DNA from: Alteromonadaceae bacterium
Lineage (GTDB): Bacteria > Pseudomonadota > Gammaproteobacteria > Enterobacterales > Alteromonadaceae
Assembly: GCA_964229075.1 (NCBI GenBank)
Contig: CAXRBI010000099.1
Coordinates: 12,457-76,456, forward strand
Length of the DNA: 64,000 bases
Direction: 5' to 3'
Shown here: piece by piece, positions 41,075 through 51,553 of the stretch
Numbering within the stretch: the stretch's first letter is position 1
How the letters are laid out: each line of letters opens with the position of its first letter
The notes under the pieces: model-generated
Seen by the model: the letters and a program-made list of their open reading frames with translations, nothing else
The model's database searches: none
Told to the model about the DNA's origin: nothing
Position numbers and translations under genes: made by a program

Positions 41075-42817
41075 TTGGATACTAAAATCCGTTTTACCTT
41101 AGCTGCATCGTCTGTCGTTTTGTCGTTTGTTTTTGCTCTGTTTGCCTCGCAATTTTTGGTAAGTTTTCACTTTGAGTTTGAGCTTTTTTACTTTGTTCAA
41201 GCGTTGAAAGCGATGCTTTATCTGGCGGTGCTGTTTTATCTTTGGTTTTTTGTGAATGGCCAAGTCATCAAAATATTCAAACATCGCCTGTCAGAAATAT
41301 TTATGTTTTCTTTTGTCGGCCTCGCTGCGGTTTTGGCGTTTAGCCAATTTTACTACGCAGATGCAGAATTGAGCCGCCAACTCACATTGTACTCATCGCC
41401 GCTTTACTTGTTGTTTGGTGTGTTTGTGTATGTGCTCGGTGGTTTACGGGTAAATTGGTCCCTTTTCCCCCTGTGGTTGTTAGTGTCGATAGTCATCGGC
41501 TTCAGTTTTTATAGCCTTAGCTGGAACGTCAATTTTTACAGCTTTTCATCTCAATCAGCGTTAACCCATTGTTTAATAATTGCCATCAGCTCGTTATTAA
41601 TTACCATCAGCTTGAGATTGTTCTATGAGAAGTTTGAGCAAGGTTACGAGCTCAATCTGATGCCAATGGTATTGGGCTTTTCGCTGTTATGCGAAATGTA
41701 TGGACGCGAAGGCTTTGTCGTTTGGTGGTCTGCCGTGGTGTTTCATATCGCGCTGATATACTTAACATTGGTTGCGATTAATCGACTCAATACCTCGACC
41801 AGCAAGATTTTGGATATGTATCGACAAGGATTAAATGATACTACCAGTGTGTTTTGCAGCGGTCGCAGCGACGGCTCTCTGGTATTTGCTAATCAGGCGT
41901 TTAAAACTTTGTTTGGTTGGAGCGCCAAAACTCATGTTAGCCAATTAAAACACCCTTTTGTTGAACATCCCCTTTGGGCTGAAATGCTGGATGAATGCTT
42001 GCGGAATGGCGAGTGGCGCGGCGAGACTGTAATCGCAAATAATCGCGGAAAAGTGATCGCGGTTTACGTGGAAATGACGCAATTGACAAGGCAACCAAGT
42101 TGGCATCAAATTTCGATTGTGGACAAACAAGACACCGTTGAGTTGAAGCGAAAAAAAGAGGATGTGCAAGAAAAGTTAGAACGTCTGTCTTTCAACTTAA
42201 TGGAAAAACAAGAAGAAGAGCGGCGATTTTTTGCAAAAGAGTTGCATGATGAAATTGGTCAAGGATTAACCTTGTTAAAAATCCAACAACAATTGCCAGA
42301 GCCTGACAATCAATTGATCAAAAACGTACTGACTGAGCTTATCGATAAGGTGCGCAATATGTCTCTTAACCTGCGCCCTGCGATTCTTGACGATATGGGA
42401 CTGTCTGCCGCGCTTACTTGGTTGGCAGGTCGGCAAAAGCAGTTTAGTCAGTTAGCCATTAAAGTCTCGATACCTGACAACTTACCTCGATTCGACGACA
42501 AACTTGAAATCTCGGTATTTCGAATCGCGCAAGAAGCATTTACTAACATACACAAGTATTCCCACGCCACAGAGGCACTGATTAAGTGCGAAATGGATAG
42601 TGAGTCATTGCGATTGACCATAGCTGATAATGGGGTGGGCTTTGATGTCGATGCAAAATTTAACGATGCGGTTCAAAGCCAGAGTTTAGGACTGGTCAGT
42701 ATTAAAGAGCGAGCGCACTTGATATCGGCAGAAATTAACATTTTTTCGACACCAGAGTCAGGCACTAGAATTGAAGTTAAGGTACCGCTGAATAACACAG
42801 AGGTGATCAATGATTAA
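41075..42817 (+). CDS. Membrane sensor histidine kinase (multi-TM, PAS, HisKA_3, HATPase)
   Basis: QEEERRFFAKELHDEIGQ, LRPAILDDMGL, FRIAQEAFTNIHKYS, DNGVGFD, LGLVSIKER. Confidence 0.9.
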   Translation: MDTKIRFTLAASSVVLSFVFALFASQFLVSFHFEFELFYFVQALKAMLYLAVLFYLWFFVNGQVIKIFKHRLSEIFMFSFVGLAAVLAFSQFYYADAELSRQLTLYSSPLYLLFGVFVYVLGGLRVNWSLFPLWLLVSIVIGFSFYSLSWNVNFYSFSSQSALTHCLIIAISSLLITISLRLFYEKFEQGYELNLMPMVLGFSLLCEMYGREGFVVWWSAVVFHIALIYLTLVAINRLNTSTSKILDMYRQGLNDTTSVFCSGRSDGSLVFANQAFKTLFGWSAKTHVSQLKHPFVEHPLWAEMLDECLRNGEWRGETVIANNRGKVIAVYVEMTQLTRQPSWHQISIVDKQDTVELKRKKEDVQEKLERLSFNLMEKQEEERRFFAKELHDEIGQGLTLLKIQQQLPEPDNQLIKNVLTELIDKVRNMSLNLRPAILDDMGLSAALTWLAGRQKQFSQLAIKVSIPDNLPRFDDKLEISVFRIAQEAFTNIHKYSHATEALIKCEMDSESLRLTIADNGVGFDVDAKFNDAVQSQSLGLVSIKERAHLISAEINIFSTPESGTRIEVKVPLNNTEVIND

Positions 42818-43628
42818 ATCAACTCTCGCGTTTCTGGCGCTCCTACTATTTTGCATTAGCTTTGAATCAACGGCGCGAGCACCTGAGTTCTCAGAAGTCT
42901 TCGAGGTGGTAGAAGGCAAAAACAACAAGCTGTACATAGTCACGGATACTGGATTGTGGCAACTGGACGGCGACATGTTAGTTAAAGTTGATGCGGATAA
43001 TCGCAGATCTGTCCGAGCAAGTGCCTATCAGCATTTATTGCCGACAAAATTAGAAGAAGCACCATCTGGCCGCTGGACCGGGCTTGGCATCATGATGTTG
43101 TTTATTGGCTTTATGATCAGTCTCGTTTATTACCATCAGCTAATGACACGCCGGAAACTCGAATATGTTGAGCAAATTGAACAGCAGCGTAATTTGTTGG
43201 ATATCTTGCAGTGGGCGTCGGAAGACACCATTATGGATTGTGACTTGGCGAGTCGTAAGGTGACTCGCTTGTCTTCGAATAACCACCTAAACTTAAAAAA
43301 TGTTATTCACTTTCATTCCGATGACTATATTAATAATATACATCAAGATGATAGAGCTAAATTTAAGCGCCATTACGACCGTCTAATTGACTCGACGGAC
43401 ACCAATTTTGAGCTCAACTATCGCATTGGTGATGGCCTAAACGGCTGGCTGTGGGTAAATGAGCGTGGGTATGTGCTTAAACGCGATGTTACAGGTGCAG
43501 CCACAAGAATCGTTATAAACTTGCGAAATGAAACGGATTTGAGAAAAGAGCAAGATAATCTATTGCGCTTAGCCAATGAACTAGAAAAACGATTGAAGCT
43601 ATTAGAAGCGTCGAAATTACCAGAATAA
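42810..43628 (+). CDS. Membrane-anchored PAS-domain protein without output domain
   Basis: Signal peptide, short periplasmic part, TM helix, PAS_3-like IHQDDR...NYRI...WLWVNERG, C-terminal coiled coil. Confidence 0.7.
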   Translation: MIKSTLAFLALLLFCISFESTARAPEFSEVFEVVEGKNNKLYIVTDTGLWQLDGDMLVKVDADNRRSVRASAYQHLLPTKLEEAPSGRWTGLGIMMLFIGFMISLVYYHQLMTRRKLEYVEQIEQQRNLLDILQWASEDTIMDCDLASRKVTRLSSNNHLNLKNVIHFHSDDYINNIHQDDRAKFKRHYDRLIDSTDTNFELNYRIGDGLNGWLWVNERGYVLKRDVTGAATRIVINLRNETDLRKEQDNLLRLANELEKRLKLLEASKLPE

Positions 43629-43642
43629 ATTGAGGAAACCCC

Positions 43643-44296
43643 ATGGATAAGTTCAGTATTTTGTTTGCCGATGACCACACATTGTTGCGTCAAGGCATCA
43701 TTAGCTTGGTACAGAACTTCGCGTTTATTGATAAAGACAAAATCATGCAAGCCGCAAACGGCCTTGAAGCACTCAATATCGTAAAACGGGCTCAGCCTCA
43801 GTTGGTGGTAATGGATGTCTCTATGCCAGAAATGAATGGTCTGGAAGCAGCACAATTGATTAAGAATCAGTTTCCCGAGATTAAAGTGCTGATGTTATCG
43901 CATTACAACAATGAGCCATACGTGTATCGGGCACTTAAAGCCGGAGCAGATGGTTACATGTTGAAAGATGCGGCAGTGGATGAATTGCAACAAGGGTTAC
44001 TCGACCTGATTGCAGACAAGATGTACATCAGCCCAGACATAGATCAAAACATCGTAGAGAAGCTCAAGGATGGGGCCGAGGGGCAGATGGACGCGCTTGA
44101 TATTCTCACCGCCAGACAACGAAATATATTGCAGTTAATTGCTGAAGGTCACTCAACAAAAGCGATAGCTGAGAAACTCTTTTTGAGCGTAAAAACCGTC
44201 GAAGCCCATCGCGCGAACATCATGGATAGACTCGATATTCGCGACGTACCGGGGCTGGTTCGATTCTCCATTCGAGTGGGCTTAATTCAAGCGTAA
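43643..44296 (+). CDS. NarL/LuxR-family response regulator
   Basis: [45 protein letters not shown]. Confidence 0.93.
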   Translation: MDKFSILFADDHTLLRQGIISLVQNFAFIDKDKIMQAANGLEALNIVKRAQPQLVVMDVSMPEMNGLEAAQLIKNQFPEIKVLMLSHYNNEPYVYRALKAGADGYMLKDAAVDELQQGLLDLIADKMYISPDIDQNIVEKLKDGAEGQMDALDILTARQRNILQLIAEGHSTKAIAEKLFLSVKTVEAHRANIMDRLDIRDVPGLVRFSIRVGLIQA

Positions 44297-45912
44297 AAGT
44301 CGATCGCTTCTTTTAGCGCCAGAGATTCCGATTTTGATAGTACCTCAAACTTAATTCCACTTAGGTATTGCTCGCCTTTGCGACGTTGCCAGGCCAAAGA
44401 GGCTGGCAATACGATGGGCGATTGACTCTTATAACTGTCTAGCTCAGACTTCGGCAGCTTCAATTCGACGGCAAGTTTGCCTGATTCCGGAATGGCGAGG
44501 TTAGTCATAATGCCCAAACCGGTTTGGCTGAGATCATTGGACAAGCCTTCAATTCGTCCAAAATCACCAACGACCGAGATTAAGTTATGGCCTTGCACAC
44601 GCCGTGCGTTACGTTTTTCTGTATAGCCGTTGTTAATGTTTTGACCAGACTGCGTTTTATCTATCTTAAGACCGGCCAATTGGTCGTGCAGAGCCGAGTT
44701 TAAACTGTTTAAAGTGGTCGAGATGTTCCCCGAATTAGAAATTTTCACACTGTTTTCCGCTAAGGTCGTAAACAGGGATTTCAGCTCTTGGTTTAGGTCG
44801 AGAAACTTATTCATTTGTACAATCACGGCATTCTCAATCTGGTGATTGAGCTCTGATGTTTGGGTGACATCTTGTTGCATGCCGGAAACCGTTTTTGACG
44901 CCTCGGTGATCTGTTGTTCACTTTGTGAAATATTGTCGACCAAAACCGTCATTGATCCTTGTGCGTTCATTACTTTGCTGGAAAGCTCATCCAGTATTTT
45001 GGTGATTTGATTGGCCGAGTCTTGTGAACGCACCGCTAATTGTCGAACCTCATCGGCAACAACCGCAAAACCGCGCCCTTGCTCACCTGCCCGAGCCGCT
45101 TCAATAGCAGCGTTTAAAGCCAGTAGATTAGTTTGCTCAGCGATCTCTTTAATCGTTGATAATATTGAATTAATGTTTTGACTAAACTCAACAATCTCCT
45201 CAACTTGGGCAGATGTTTGGTTAATGTCTTGAGATACGGCGTTCAACTGCTCCACCGAGCAATTTAGGCTAGCGATACTTTTGTTGGCTTGTTGTTCGAC
45301 CGCAAGGGATTGTTGATTGGCTTTTGAAGCAAGCACCTGAACGTCCTCTGCTACGTCTCGTACCTGAGCAGTTGCGGCATTAATTTCTGTTTCTTTGGCT
45401 TTTTCGGATTCACTCATATCTTCAATTTCTTTTGAAATTGCGGCGATCTGATAAGCCGATTGGCTCATGTGAATCGTGGAGCGGTCGACATCGTTGAGAA
45501 TGGAATTCAGCTTTTTCAGCATTAAATTGAAGTGACTCTCAAGCTCACCAATCTCATCTTTGGAATGAACCATGACTGTTTGCGTTAAGTCTCCCTCTTC
45601 GACGGCTTCCAGCGACTTAACAAGTGAAATGATAGGCTCGACAAACAACTTGGCGACAACCGCGATGACAAAAAACTGCAGGGTGAATTGGAGCAAGGAA
45701 TCCCAGACGGAGTTAACTAAAAATGCATCGTAGTGTTGCTGCAGTTCTGCGAGCAATGCTGGGTTATCGGCTTTTGCAGCGACGATTTCGATATAGTCAG
45801 TCAATTTAACCGACGCAATCCAACGGTTGTATAGTGTGGTGATCATCGCAATCGCCATGAAGCCTAACTGTAGCTTCCAGCGCAGACTGAGGTTGAGCCA
45901 AAACGTTTTCAT
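44287..45912 (-). CDS. Methyl-accepting chemotaxis protein with C-terminal PilZ domain
   Basis: 2 TM, HAMP (SKDEIGEL), [34 protein letters not shown], then RNARR and DLSQTG PilZ motifs. Confidence 0.9.
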   Translation of the reverse strand: MKTFWLNLSLRWKLQLGFMAIAMITTLYNRWIASVKLTDYIEIVAAKADNPALLAELQQHYDAFLVNSVWDSLLQFTLQFFVIAVVAKLFVEPIISLVKSLEAVEEGDLTQTVMVHSKDEIGELESHFNLMLKKLNSILNDVDRSTIHMSQSAYQIAAISKEIEDMSESEKAKETEINAATAQVRDVAEDVQVLASKANQQSLAVEQQANKSIASLNCSVEQLNAVSQDINQTSAQVEEIVEFSQNINSILSTIKEIAEQTNLLALNAAIEAARAGEQGRGFAVVADEVRQLAVRSQDSANQITKILDELSSKVMNAQGSMTVLVDNISQSEQQITEASKTVSGMQQDVTQTSELNHQIENAVIVQMNKFLDLNQELKSLFTTLAENSVKISNSGNISTTLNSLNSALHDQLAGLKIDKTQSGQNINNGYTEKRNARRVQGHNLISVVGDFGRIEGLSNDLSQTGLGIMTNLAIPESGKLAVELKLPKSELDSYKSQSPIVLPASLAWQRRKGEQYLSGIKFEVLSKSESLALKEAIDFYA

Positions 45913-46062
45913 ATGTGAACTTGTCGTTAATGTTATTCGTTCAAAATATCGACCAAAGGCACAAATGATTGAGCCTTGGTGTTAAATTAATCACATGATA
46001 TTGAAGCTTTGGACAAAAAAAAGCCAGAACTAATGTTCTGGCTCTCTAATTAACGAATTCGA

Positions 46063-46587
46063 TTAATGTTTGGTTTCTTCACAGTCATTTGAAGAATCGT
46101 CGCATGTTCCTGTGTCACAACAACTCTGTTTGTGTACGTGGCCGTGATAAATTTCTTCAGCCGTTGCTTCGCGCACATCAAGTACCTCAACGTCAAAAGC
46201 AAGGTCAACGCCCGCAAGTGGGTGGTTGCCGTCGACAGTCACAGAATCATCATCAATCGCAACGACAATCACTGTTTGTTCACCGTCGTCCGTTGTCGCA
46301 CGTAATTGCATACCCACTTCTACCTCGAAGTCAGCAAACATTTCTTTGCCAATCGACTGCACTAAACCGTCGTGACGAGGTCCATAGGCATTTTCAGCAT
46401 CGACTTTTACTTCAAAGCTGTCGCCTTTTTCATGGCCGACCAAAGCTTTTTCCAAGCCTTCAATGAGCAAGCGTGAACCTTGTAAGAATTCAAGTGGGTC
46501 GCCGTCGTAGGAGCTGTCGATTAGGTTGTCCTCTTTATCTTTAACGGCATAGTGGATCTTCACGACCGTGTTTTCTGCAATTTTCAT
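46063..46587 (-). CDS. slyD: FKBP-type peptidyl-prolyl isomerase SlyD
   Basis: VDGNHPLAG, VREATAEEI.HGHVH, His/Cys tail. Confidence 0.95.
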   Translation of the reverse strand: MKIAENTVVKIHYAVKDKEDNLIDSSYDGDPLEFLQGSRLLIEGLEKALVGHEKGDSFEVKVDAENAYGPRHDGLVQSIGKEMFADFEVEVGMQLRATTDDGEQTVIVVAIDDDSVTVDGNHPLAGVDLAFDVEVLDVREATAEEIYHGHVHKQSCCDTGTCDDSSNDCEETKH

Positions 46588-46595
46588 TTTGGCTG

Positions 46596-47426
46596 TTATT
46601 CCTCTTCTAATGAATAGGGCAAAGCAACCAACTGCAGTGCCGTATCGGATTCTTGGTCTGTATAAATTAAGTCTGTTAAATCAGTATCTTTAGGTAGCAC
46701 CAATTGTGCAACCGTTTTTCCATTATAGCTGGCAAAGTTTATTACTTTCCCGGCGGAGCGACGATTACCATTAAGGTCTCGATACACATCCTGGGCAATT
46801 TCCAGCGACACATCTTGTTCAATTTCCGCGATGTAAAGTGCGCGTTTGTTTTTCCCAAGGTAACGCATACGAGCGACCATTTCCTGGCCCATGTAGCAAC
46901 CTTTGTTAAATGAAATGTAGTCTAATGCTTGTAGGTTGAGCATCTGAGGTACGTATTCGCCAATTGTGCCATTAAAAAGGTGAGCGCGGCCTGAACTGAC
47001 CTCATTAAACAACCACTCGTCACTGGCCTCTGTGACTTCAAGTTGTGTTTCACTTAATACCAAAAAGTGGCTCGTTGCGAGTTCCAGAGAAAATGCTTCA
47101 GCGTGTTGTTCGTTACTGCCGTAAATGAACCAATTTGCGCTATCATCCGTAATATCTGCTTTGGCAAATACCCCGTATTTGTTGAGCTCTGCAAGAGTGG
47201 AAACGGCGCTTTCGCGACTCAAGACTAAATAAATCGCGTCTTGTCGCTGAAAAGCCAGAAAAGACGACCACATTTTGCCTTTGGCGTTGCAATGCACCCC
47301 GGCGAGCCAATCAACATTTTTTAGTTGAGTGACATCACAGGTCACCTGGCCTTGCAAAAAGGAAACGGCATCGTCACCTATGATTTTAATGACACTAAAT
47401 AATTCAATTTGAGCAAGCTGAGACAT
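46596..47426 (-). CDS. ygfZ: Folate-binding Fe-S repair / tRNA-modifying protein YgfZ
   Basis: FLQGQVTCD, PQMLNLQ, KGCYMGQE. Confidence 0.92.
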   Translation of the reverse strand: MSQLAQIELFSVIKIIGDDAVSFLQGQVTCDVTQLKNVDWLAGVHCNAKGKMWSSFLAFQRQDAIYLVLSRESAVSTLAELNKYGVFAKADITDDSANWFIYGSNEQHAEAFSLELATSHFLVLSETQLEVTEASDEWLFNEVSSGRAHLFNGTIGEYVPQMLNLQALDYISFNKGCYMGQEMVARMRYLGKNKRALYIAEIEQDVSLEIAQDVYRDLNGNRRSAGKVINFASYNGKTVAQLVLPKDTDLTDLIYTDQESDTALQLVALPYSLEEE

Positions 47427-47553
47427 AGTCTATAAATACAATGGAAAATGATAAAAATAGATGGGGGTGAATTGAGAAACCTCAAGTCATATGTAGGTCT
47501 AAATTTATTATTTTGTTAAGATGGGCCTGTTGTTAACAAGAAAGAGATAACCA

Positions 47554-47862
47554 ATGAGCAGTTCTGAAGCCGATGTAATTTATGTTGACCCTACCGGTAA
47601 TAAATTCAACCTGGATTCTAAAGCCAAATTAAAGTGGGCGTGTCGTCGCGGCATGCTTGAGTTGGATATTTTGTTTGAACCATTTGTAGACGACGCCTAT
47701 GACGCCTTGTCACAAGAAGATAAATACGTTTTTCAGCGTTTGTTGGCCTGTGAAGATCCAGAATTGTTTGCTTGGTTTATGGGCCATGAACAATGCGAGG
47801 ACAAAGAACTAAGCGATATGGTTCAATTGATATTGAATCGCGTAAAAGTAGCCAAGGCATAA
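47554..47862 (+). CDS. sdhE: FAD assembly factor SdhE
   Basis: WACRRGMLELD, LLACEDPELFAW. Confidence 0.95.
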   Translation: MSSSEADVIYVDPTGNKFNLDSKAKLKWACRRGMLELDILFEPFVDDAYDALSQEDKYVFQRLLACEDPELFAWFMGHEQCEDKELSDMVQLILNRVKVAKA

Positions 47863-47879
47863 ATCATTAATGAGGGCTC

Positions 47880-48320
47880 ATGGAAGAGACCAGTCAATCT
47901 TACCGTATCGAAATATGTGCTGCGTCTAAACAGCGAGCACTATTACTTGCTTCGCTATGGGTCTTTTATGCCGCAAGTTTGGCTGTTTGGCCCTATTATC
48001 TCCCGACTTACGCGACTGTCGCATTGGTAATCTCATTGGCGTACCTCTTGTGGTCGCAACACAATGATCTTATCAGTCAAGTCCCCAAGCACTTATCAAT
48101 ATCAGAGCAGGGCGAAGTGTCATTGGCTTCTCAGCAGCAGTCTATACAGCTAACGGCTGGCAGCTTTGTTATGCCAGGATGGATCTATCTTCGCTTTGAT
48201 TGTAGTGACAGTCAGTTGGGCGGGAGCCTGTGTTTGTTCAGTGATATGCTGCGGGAGGTGGATATGATTCGCTTGCGCAGAATTGTACTGCGCAAACGTC
48301 GAACGGTTTCTAAGATTTAG
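47880..48320 (+). CDS. ygfX: YgfX-like inner membrane protein
   Basis: Two TM helices, C-terminal LFSDML....RLRR; directly downstream of sdhE. Confidence 0.65.
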   Translation: MEETSQSYRIEICAASKQRALLLASLWVFYAASLAVWPYYLPTYATVALVISLAYLLWSQHNDLISQVPKHLSISEQGEVSLASQQQSIQLTAGSFVMPGWIYLRFDCSDSQLGGSLCLFSDMLREVDMIRLRRIVLRKRRTVSKI

Positions 48321-49917
48321 TTTTTGGGCTAAGTTCTGTTGGCGTCGAGGACTCTAAGGTATTTGGGTAGTCCTTGTTGTAATGAAGACCTCGGCTTTCC
48401 TCTCTGAGCAAAGCGCTTTGCACGATAAGTTGAGCAACTTGCGCTAAGTTTCTTAACTCAAGTAAGTTGTTACTGACTTTAAAATTGGCATAAAACTCAT
48501 CGATTTCGCTTTTTATCAGTTCAATGCGTTTAAGCGCTTTATTTAAACGTCGGTTTGAGCGCACGATCCCAACATAATCCCACATTAATAAACGCAATTC
48601 ATGCCAAGTGTGGCTGATGATGACGTTTTCTTCTGAGCTGGTCACCCGACTTTCGTCCCAAAGGGAAATCGCCGAAGGCGTTGGCATCTGACCTAGCTGA
48701 TCAAGAATAGTTTGTGCAGCGCCATGAGCGAACACGATACATTCTAATAAAGAGTTGCTAGCCATTCGGTTGGCGCCATGCAAACCGGTATAAGCGACTT
48801 CGCCGATAGCAAATAGGTTGTCTATATCTGTTTTGCCCCGAAGATCGGTTTTCACCCCACCACAAGTGTAGTGAGCCGCCGGCACTACCGGAATTTGTTC
48901 TTTGGTGATATCAATACCAACTTTTAAACACTTAGCATAGATGGTTGGGAAATGTTCGATAATAAACTGCTCGTCTTTATGACTGATGTCCAAAAACATG
49001 CAATCTGCTCCGAGTCGTTTCATTTCAAAATCGATGGCTCGCGCGACAATGTCTCGAGGCGCCAGCTCAGCCCGTTCGTCAAAATCGGGCATAAAACGAC
49101 TGCCATCTGGGCGCCGTAAATAAGCGCCTTCACCTCGCATTGCTTCGGTGATCAAAAAGTTCTGTGCTTTTTCGTGGAACAAGCTTGTCGGATGGAATTG
49201 GTTGAATTCCATGTTGACTACTCGACAACCTGCGCGCCAGGCCATTGCAATACCGTCACCGCTGGCAATATCGGGGTTGGACGTGTATTGGTAGACTTTG
49301 CTTGCGCCGCCGGTCGCAAGGGCGACAAACTTTGCTTCAATGGTTTCGACTCGCTCGAGGTTTCTATTCCAAACATAGGCGCCTTGGACACGACTTGGGG
49401 CACTTTCAGTATCCAAGGTAACCAAATCCAACGCATTATAACGTTCGAACAGTTTGATATTAGGGTGCGCTTTTACTTTGTCTAACAGTGTTGTTTGCAC
49501 TGCTTTCCCGGTTGCATCAGCTGCATGTAAGATGCGTCTGTGGCTGTGGCCGCCTTCTTTGGTCAGGTGGAATTTCTTGGTGCCATCTTGATCGCGGATT
49601 TGGTCGAATGGCACGCCTTGGTCGATGAGCCATTGCATCGAAGTTTTTGCGTTACTGGCGGTAAAACGGACGGCTTCCTCGTTACAAAGGCCTGCACCTG
49701 CGATTAATGTGTCTTGTACATGCGAATCAACACTGTCGTTTTCATCAAAAACAGCAGCAATCCCGCCTTGCGCATAAAGCGTGGACCCTTCTTTCAATGC
49801 CGATTTACTTAAGATTATAACTTCTGCGTGATCAGCAATTGAAAGCGCTAAGGTAAGACCAGCAGCACCGCTGCCAATGATCAAACAATCTGTCGCGTGC
49901 TGTAACGTATTGCTCAT
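48310..49917 (-). CDS. nadB: L-aspartate oxidase
   Basis: [45 protein letters not shown]. Confidence 0.97.
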   Translation of the reverse strand: MSNTLQHATDCLIIGSGAAGLTLALSIADHAEVIILSKSALKEGSTLYAQGGIAAVFDENDSVDSHVQDTLIAGAGLCNEEAVRFTASNAKTSMQWLIDQGVPFDQIRDQDGTKKFHLTKEGGHSHRRILHAADATGKAVQTTLLDKVKAHPNIKLFERYNALDLVTLDTESAPSRVQGAYVWNRNLERVETIEAKFVALATGGASKVYQYTSNPDIASGDGIAMAWRAGCRVVNMEFNQFHPTSLFHEKAQNFLITEAMRGEGAYLRRPDGSRFMPDFDERAELAPRDIVARAIDFEMKRLGADCMFLDISHKDEQFIIEHFPTIYAKCLKVGIDITKEQIPVVPAAHYTCGGVKTDLRGKTDIDNLFAIGEVAYTGLHGANRMASNSLLECIVFAHGAAQTILDQLGQMPTPSAISLWDESRVTSSEENVIISHTWHELRLLMWDYVGIVRSNRRLNKALKRIELIKSEIDEFYANFKVSNNLLELRNLAQVAQLIVQSALLREESRGLHYNKDYPNTLESSTPTELSPKTKS

Positions 49918-50044
49918 AAGATGTACCAATTAATTCAATGCTTTATGACTGATAATATGCTAAAAACTGAGGGTTAAGTTTAAACTGGAAATTGATTAAA
50001 ACGGCGCTTTAACCACTTTTTTTAAAAAAAGTTGAAAAAACTGC

Positions 50045-50071
50045 GAACTTTTTACTTAAGCTTCAGTCATA
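50045..50071 (+). promoter_or_regulatory. Sigma-E-dependent promoter of rpoE (autoregulation)
   Basis: GAACTT-16bp-TCATA. Confidence 0.7.
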
Positions 50072-50184
50072 GTGTCAGCAGATGGGGATGATATCAGATT
50101 ATTTTCCCTGAGCTAGGGTAAGACCATCTTAATTAGAAATGAAAAGAATATGGCGCCCTACATAAATCGGGAGTAGTAGCTCGA

Positions 50185-50766
50185 ATGAGCGAGCAGAGTA
50201 AAGATTTAGCCTTAGTAAGGAAAGCGCAAGCAGGCGATAAGGCTGCATTTGATTTATTAGTTCGGAAGTATCAGAACAAAATAATAAGCTTAGTCTCAAG
50301 GTATTTAGGTAACAACGGTGATGTGCAAGATGTTGCACAGGATGCATTCATTAAAGCGTATACTGCATTGCCGGGGTTCCGAGGTGAAGCCGCATTTTAT
50401 ACTTGGCTTTACCGCATCGCAGTGAATAGTGCGAAAAACTATTTGATGGCAAAAGGTCGTAGACCTGCCAACGTTGATGTAGACGCTGAAGAAGCGGAAT
50501 TCTACGAGACCAGCGACGCATTAAAAGAGAATGCATCGCCTGAGCGTTTAGCGCTAACTGAAGAAATTAAACACGTGATTTTTGACACCATCGAAAGTCT
50601 TCCTGAAGAGCTAAAAGTAGCGATTCAACTGAGGGAAATTGATGGTATGAGTTACGATGAAATTGCGGCGGCAATGGGATGTCCAATTGGTACAGTGCGT
50701 TCGAGAATATTTCGAGCTCGTGATGCCATAGACGCGAAATTAGCACCGTTGATTGAGAATCGATAA
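50185..50766 (+). CDS. rpoE: RNA polymerase sigma factor RpoE
   Basis: FYTWLYRIAVN.AKNYL, CPIGTVRSRIFRAR; nadB-rpoE-rse synteny. Confidence 0.97.
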   Translation: MSEQSKDLALVRKAQAGDKAAFDLLVRKYQNKIISLVSRYLGNNGDVQDVAQDAFIKAYTALPGFRGEAAFYTWLYRIAVNSAKNYLMAKGRRPANVDVDAEEAEFYETSDALKENASPERLALTEEIKHVIFDTIESLPEELKVAIQLREIDGMSYDEIAAAMGCPIGTVRSRIFRARDAIDAKLAPLIENR

Positions 50767-50850
50767 TTCTGAACAAAAATGACAATTTTTAGCGACTGTA
50801 GTAAGTTTTAGTCGAAACTTGCGCAGTAGGAACTGGAGTCGGTCGTATTT

Positions 50851-51471
50851 ATGACTAACAAAAATAACGAATCTTTATCCTCATTGCTTGATGATGAACT
50901 CACACAAGCAGAGTTAGAGGCTATGATGTCTGAGCTCGAGCAAGACGAAGCAGAGACTTTTGGTCGTTACAGTTTAATTGGTGATGTGTTGCGAAACGAG
51001 CAAGAGATTGTGGTGGAAAGCAGTTTTAGCGCCAACATCCAAGCTGCAATTGCTGACATTGAGCTTGAACCAGTTCCACAAGAACAAAACAGTGATGTTG
51101 TAGCAATCACTGCCCATCCTAAATGGCATCAACGTTTTGCTCAGAGGCTAACTTCATTTGGTGGTAGTAATACTGGCAAAGGCATGGGGCAATTAGCAAT
51201 TGCAGCGTCTGTTGCTTTAGTAGCTGTTGTTGGGGTGAGTAACATGGCGCCACAAACTGGCGACAATGTACCTTCACCAGTTATCAGTACGGTTCCGTTA
51301 GTAGATGGAATTGCACCTGTCTCAGCCGATGGTCTAAAACAAATGCCAACGGCAGACCAAGTAACGCAGTCTCGAATTAACGCGTTAATGGCTGACCATA
51401 AGCAACAACTTCGTGCATCTGACGCAGACGAAGAGAAAGAGTCTGAAGAAGAGAAAGAAAAAATCGACTAA
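50851..51471 (+). CDS. rseA: Anti-sigma-E factor RseA
   Basis: ESLSSLLDDE, RYSLIGDVLR, TM AIAASVALVAV, HKQQLR. Confidence 0.92.
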   Translation: MTNKNNESLSSLLDDELTQAELEAMMSELEQDEAETFGRYSLIGDVLRNEQEIVVESSFSANIQAAIADIELEPVPQEQNSDVVAITAHPKWHQRFAQRLTSFGGSNTGKGMGQLAIAASVALVAVVGVSNMAPQTGDNVPSPVISTVPLVDGIAPVSADGLKQMPTADQVTQSRINALMADHKQQLRASDADEEKESEEEKEKID

Positions 51472-51501
51472 TATTCTTAAGTAGTCATTAAAGAATGAAA
51501 T

Positions 51502-51539
51502 AACGCCTGTAACTCGATAGAATTACGGGCGTTTTTTTT
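51502..51539 (+). terminator. Terminator/attenuator between rseA and rseB
   Basis: AACGCCTGTAA-loop-TTACGGGCGTT followed by a T run. Confidence 0.6.
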
Positions 51540-51553
51540 AAGGAAGAGTTGAG

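Noticed and set aside
43643-44296. The response regulator as the UvrY/GacA that drives the sRNAs
   Set aside because: The recognition helix ([11 protein letters not shown]) differs from the UvrY-type KTVNSYRYR, and it has its own HisKA_3 kinase rather than a BarA-type hybrid; cross-regulation is not excluded
47554-48320. sdhE-ygfX as a toxin-antitoxin (cptBA) module
   Set aside because: Conserved housekeeping pair; SdhE is a flavinylation factor and the TA assignment is disputed
50082-50165. rseD-like leader peptide upstream of rpoE
   Set aside because: Only 8-9 codon ORFs are present and none overlaps the rpoE start; cannot be supported
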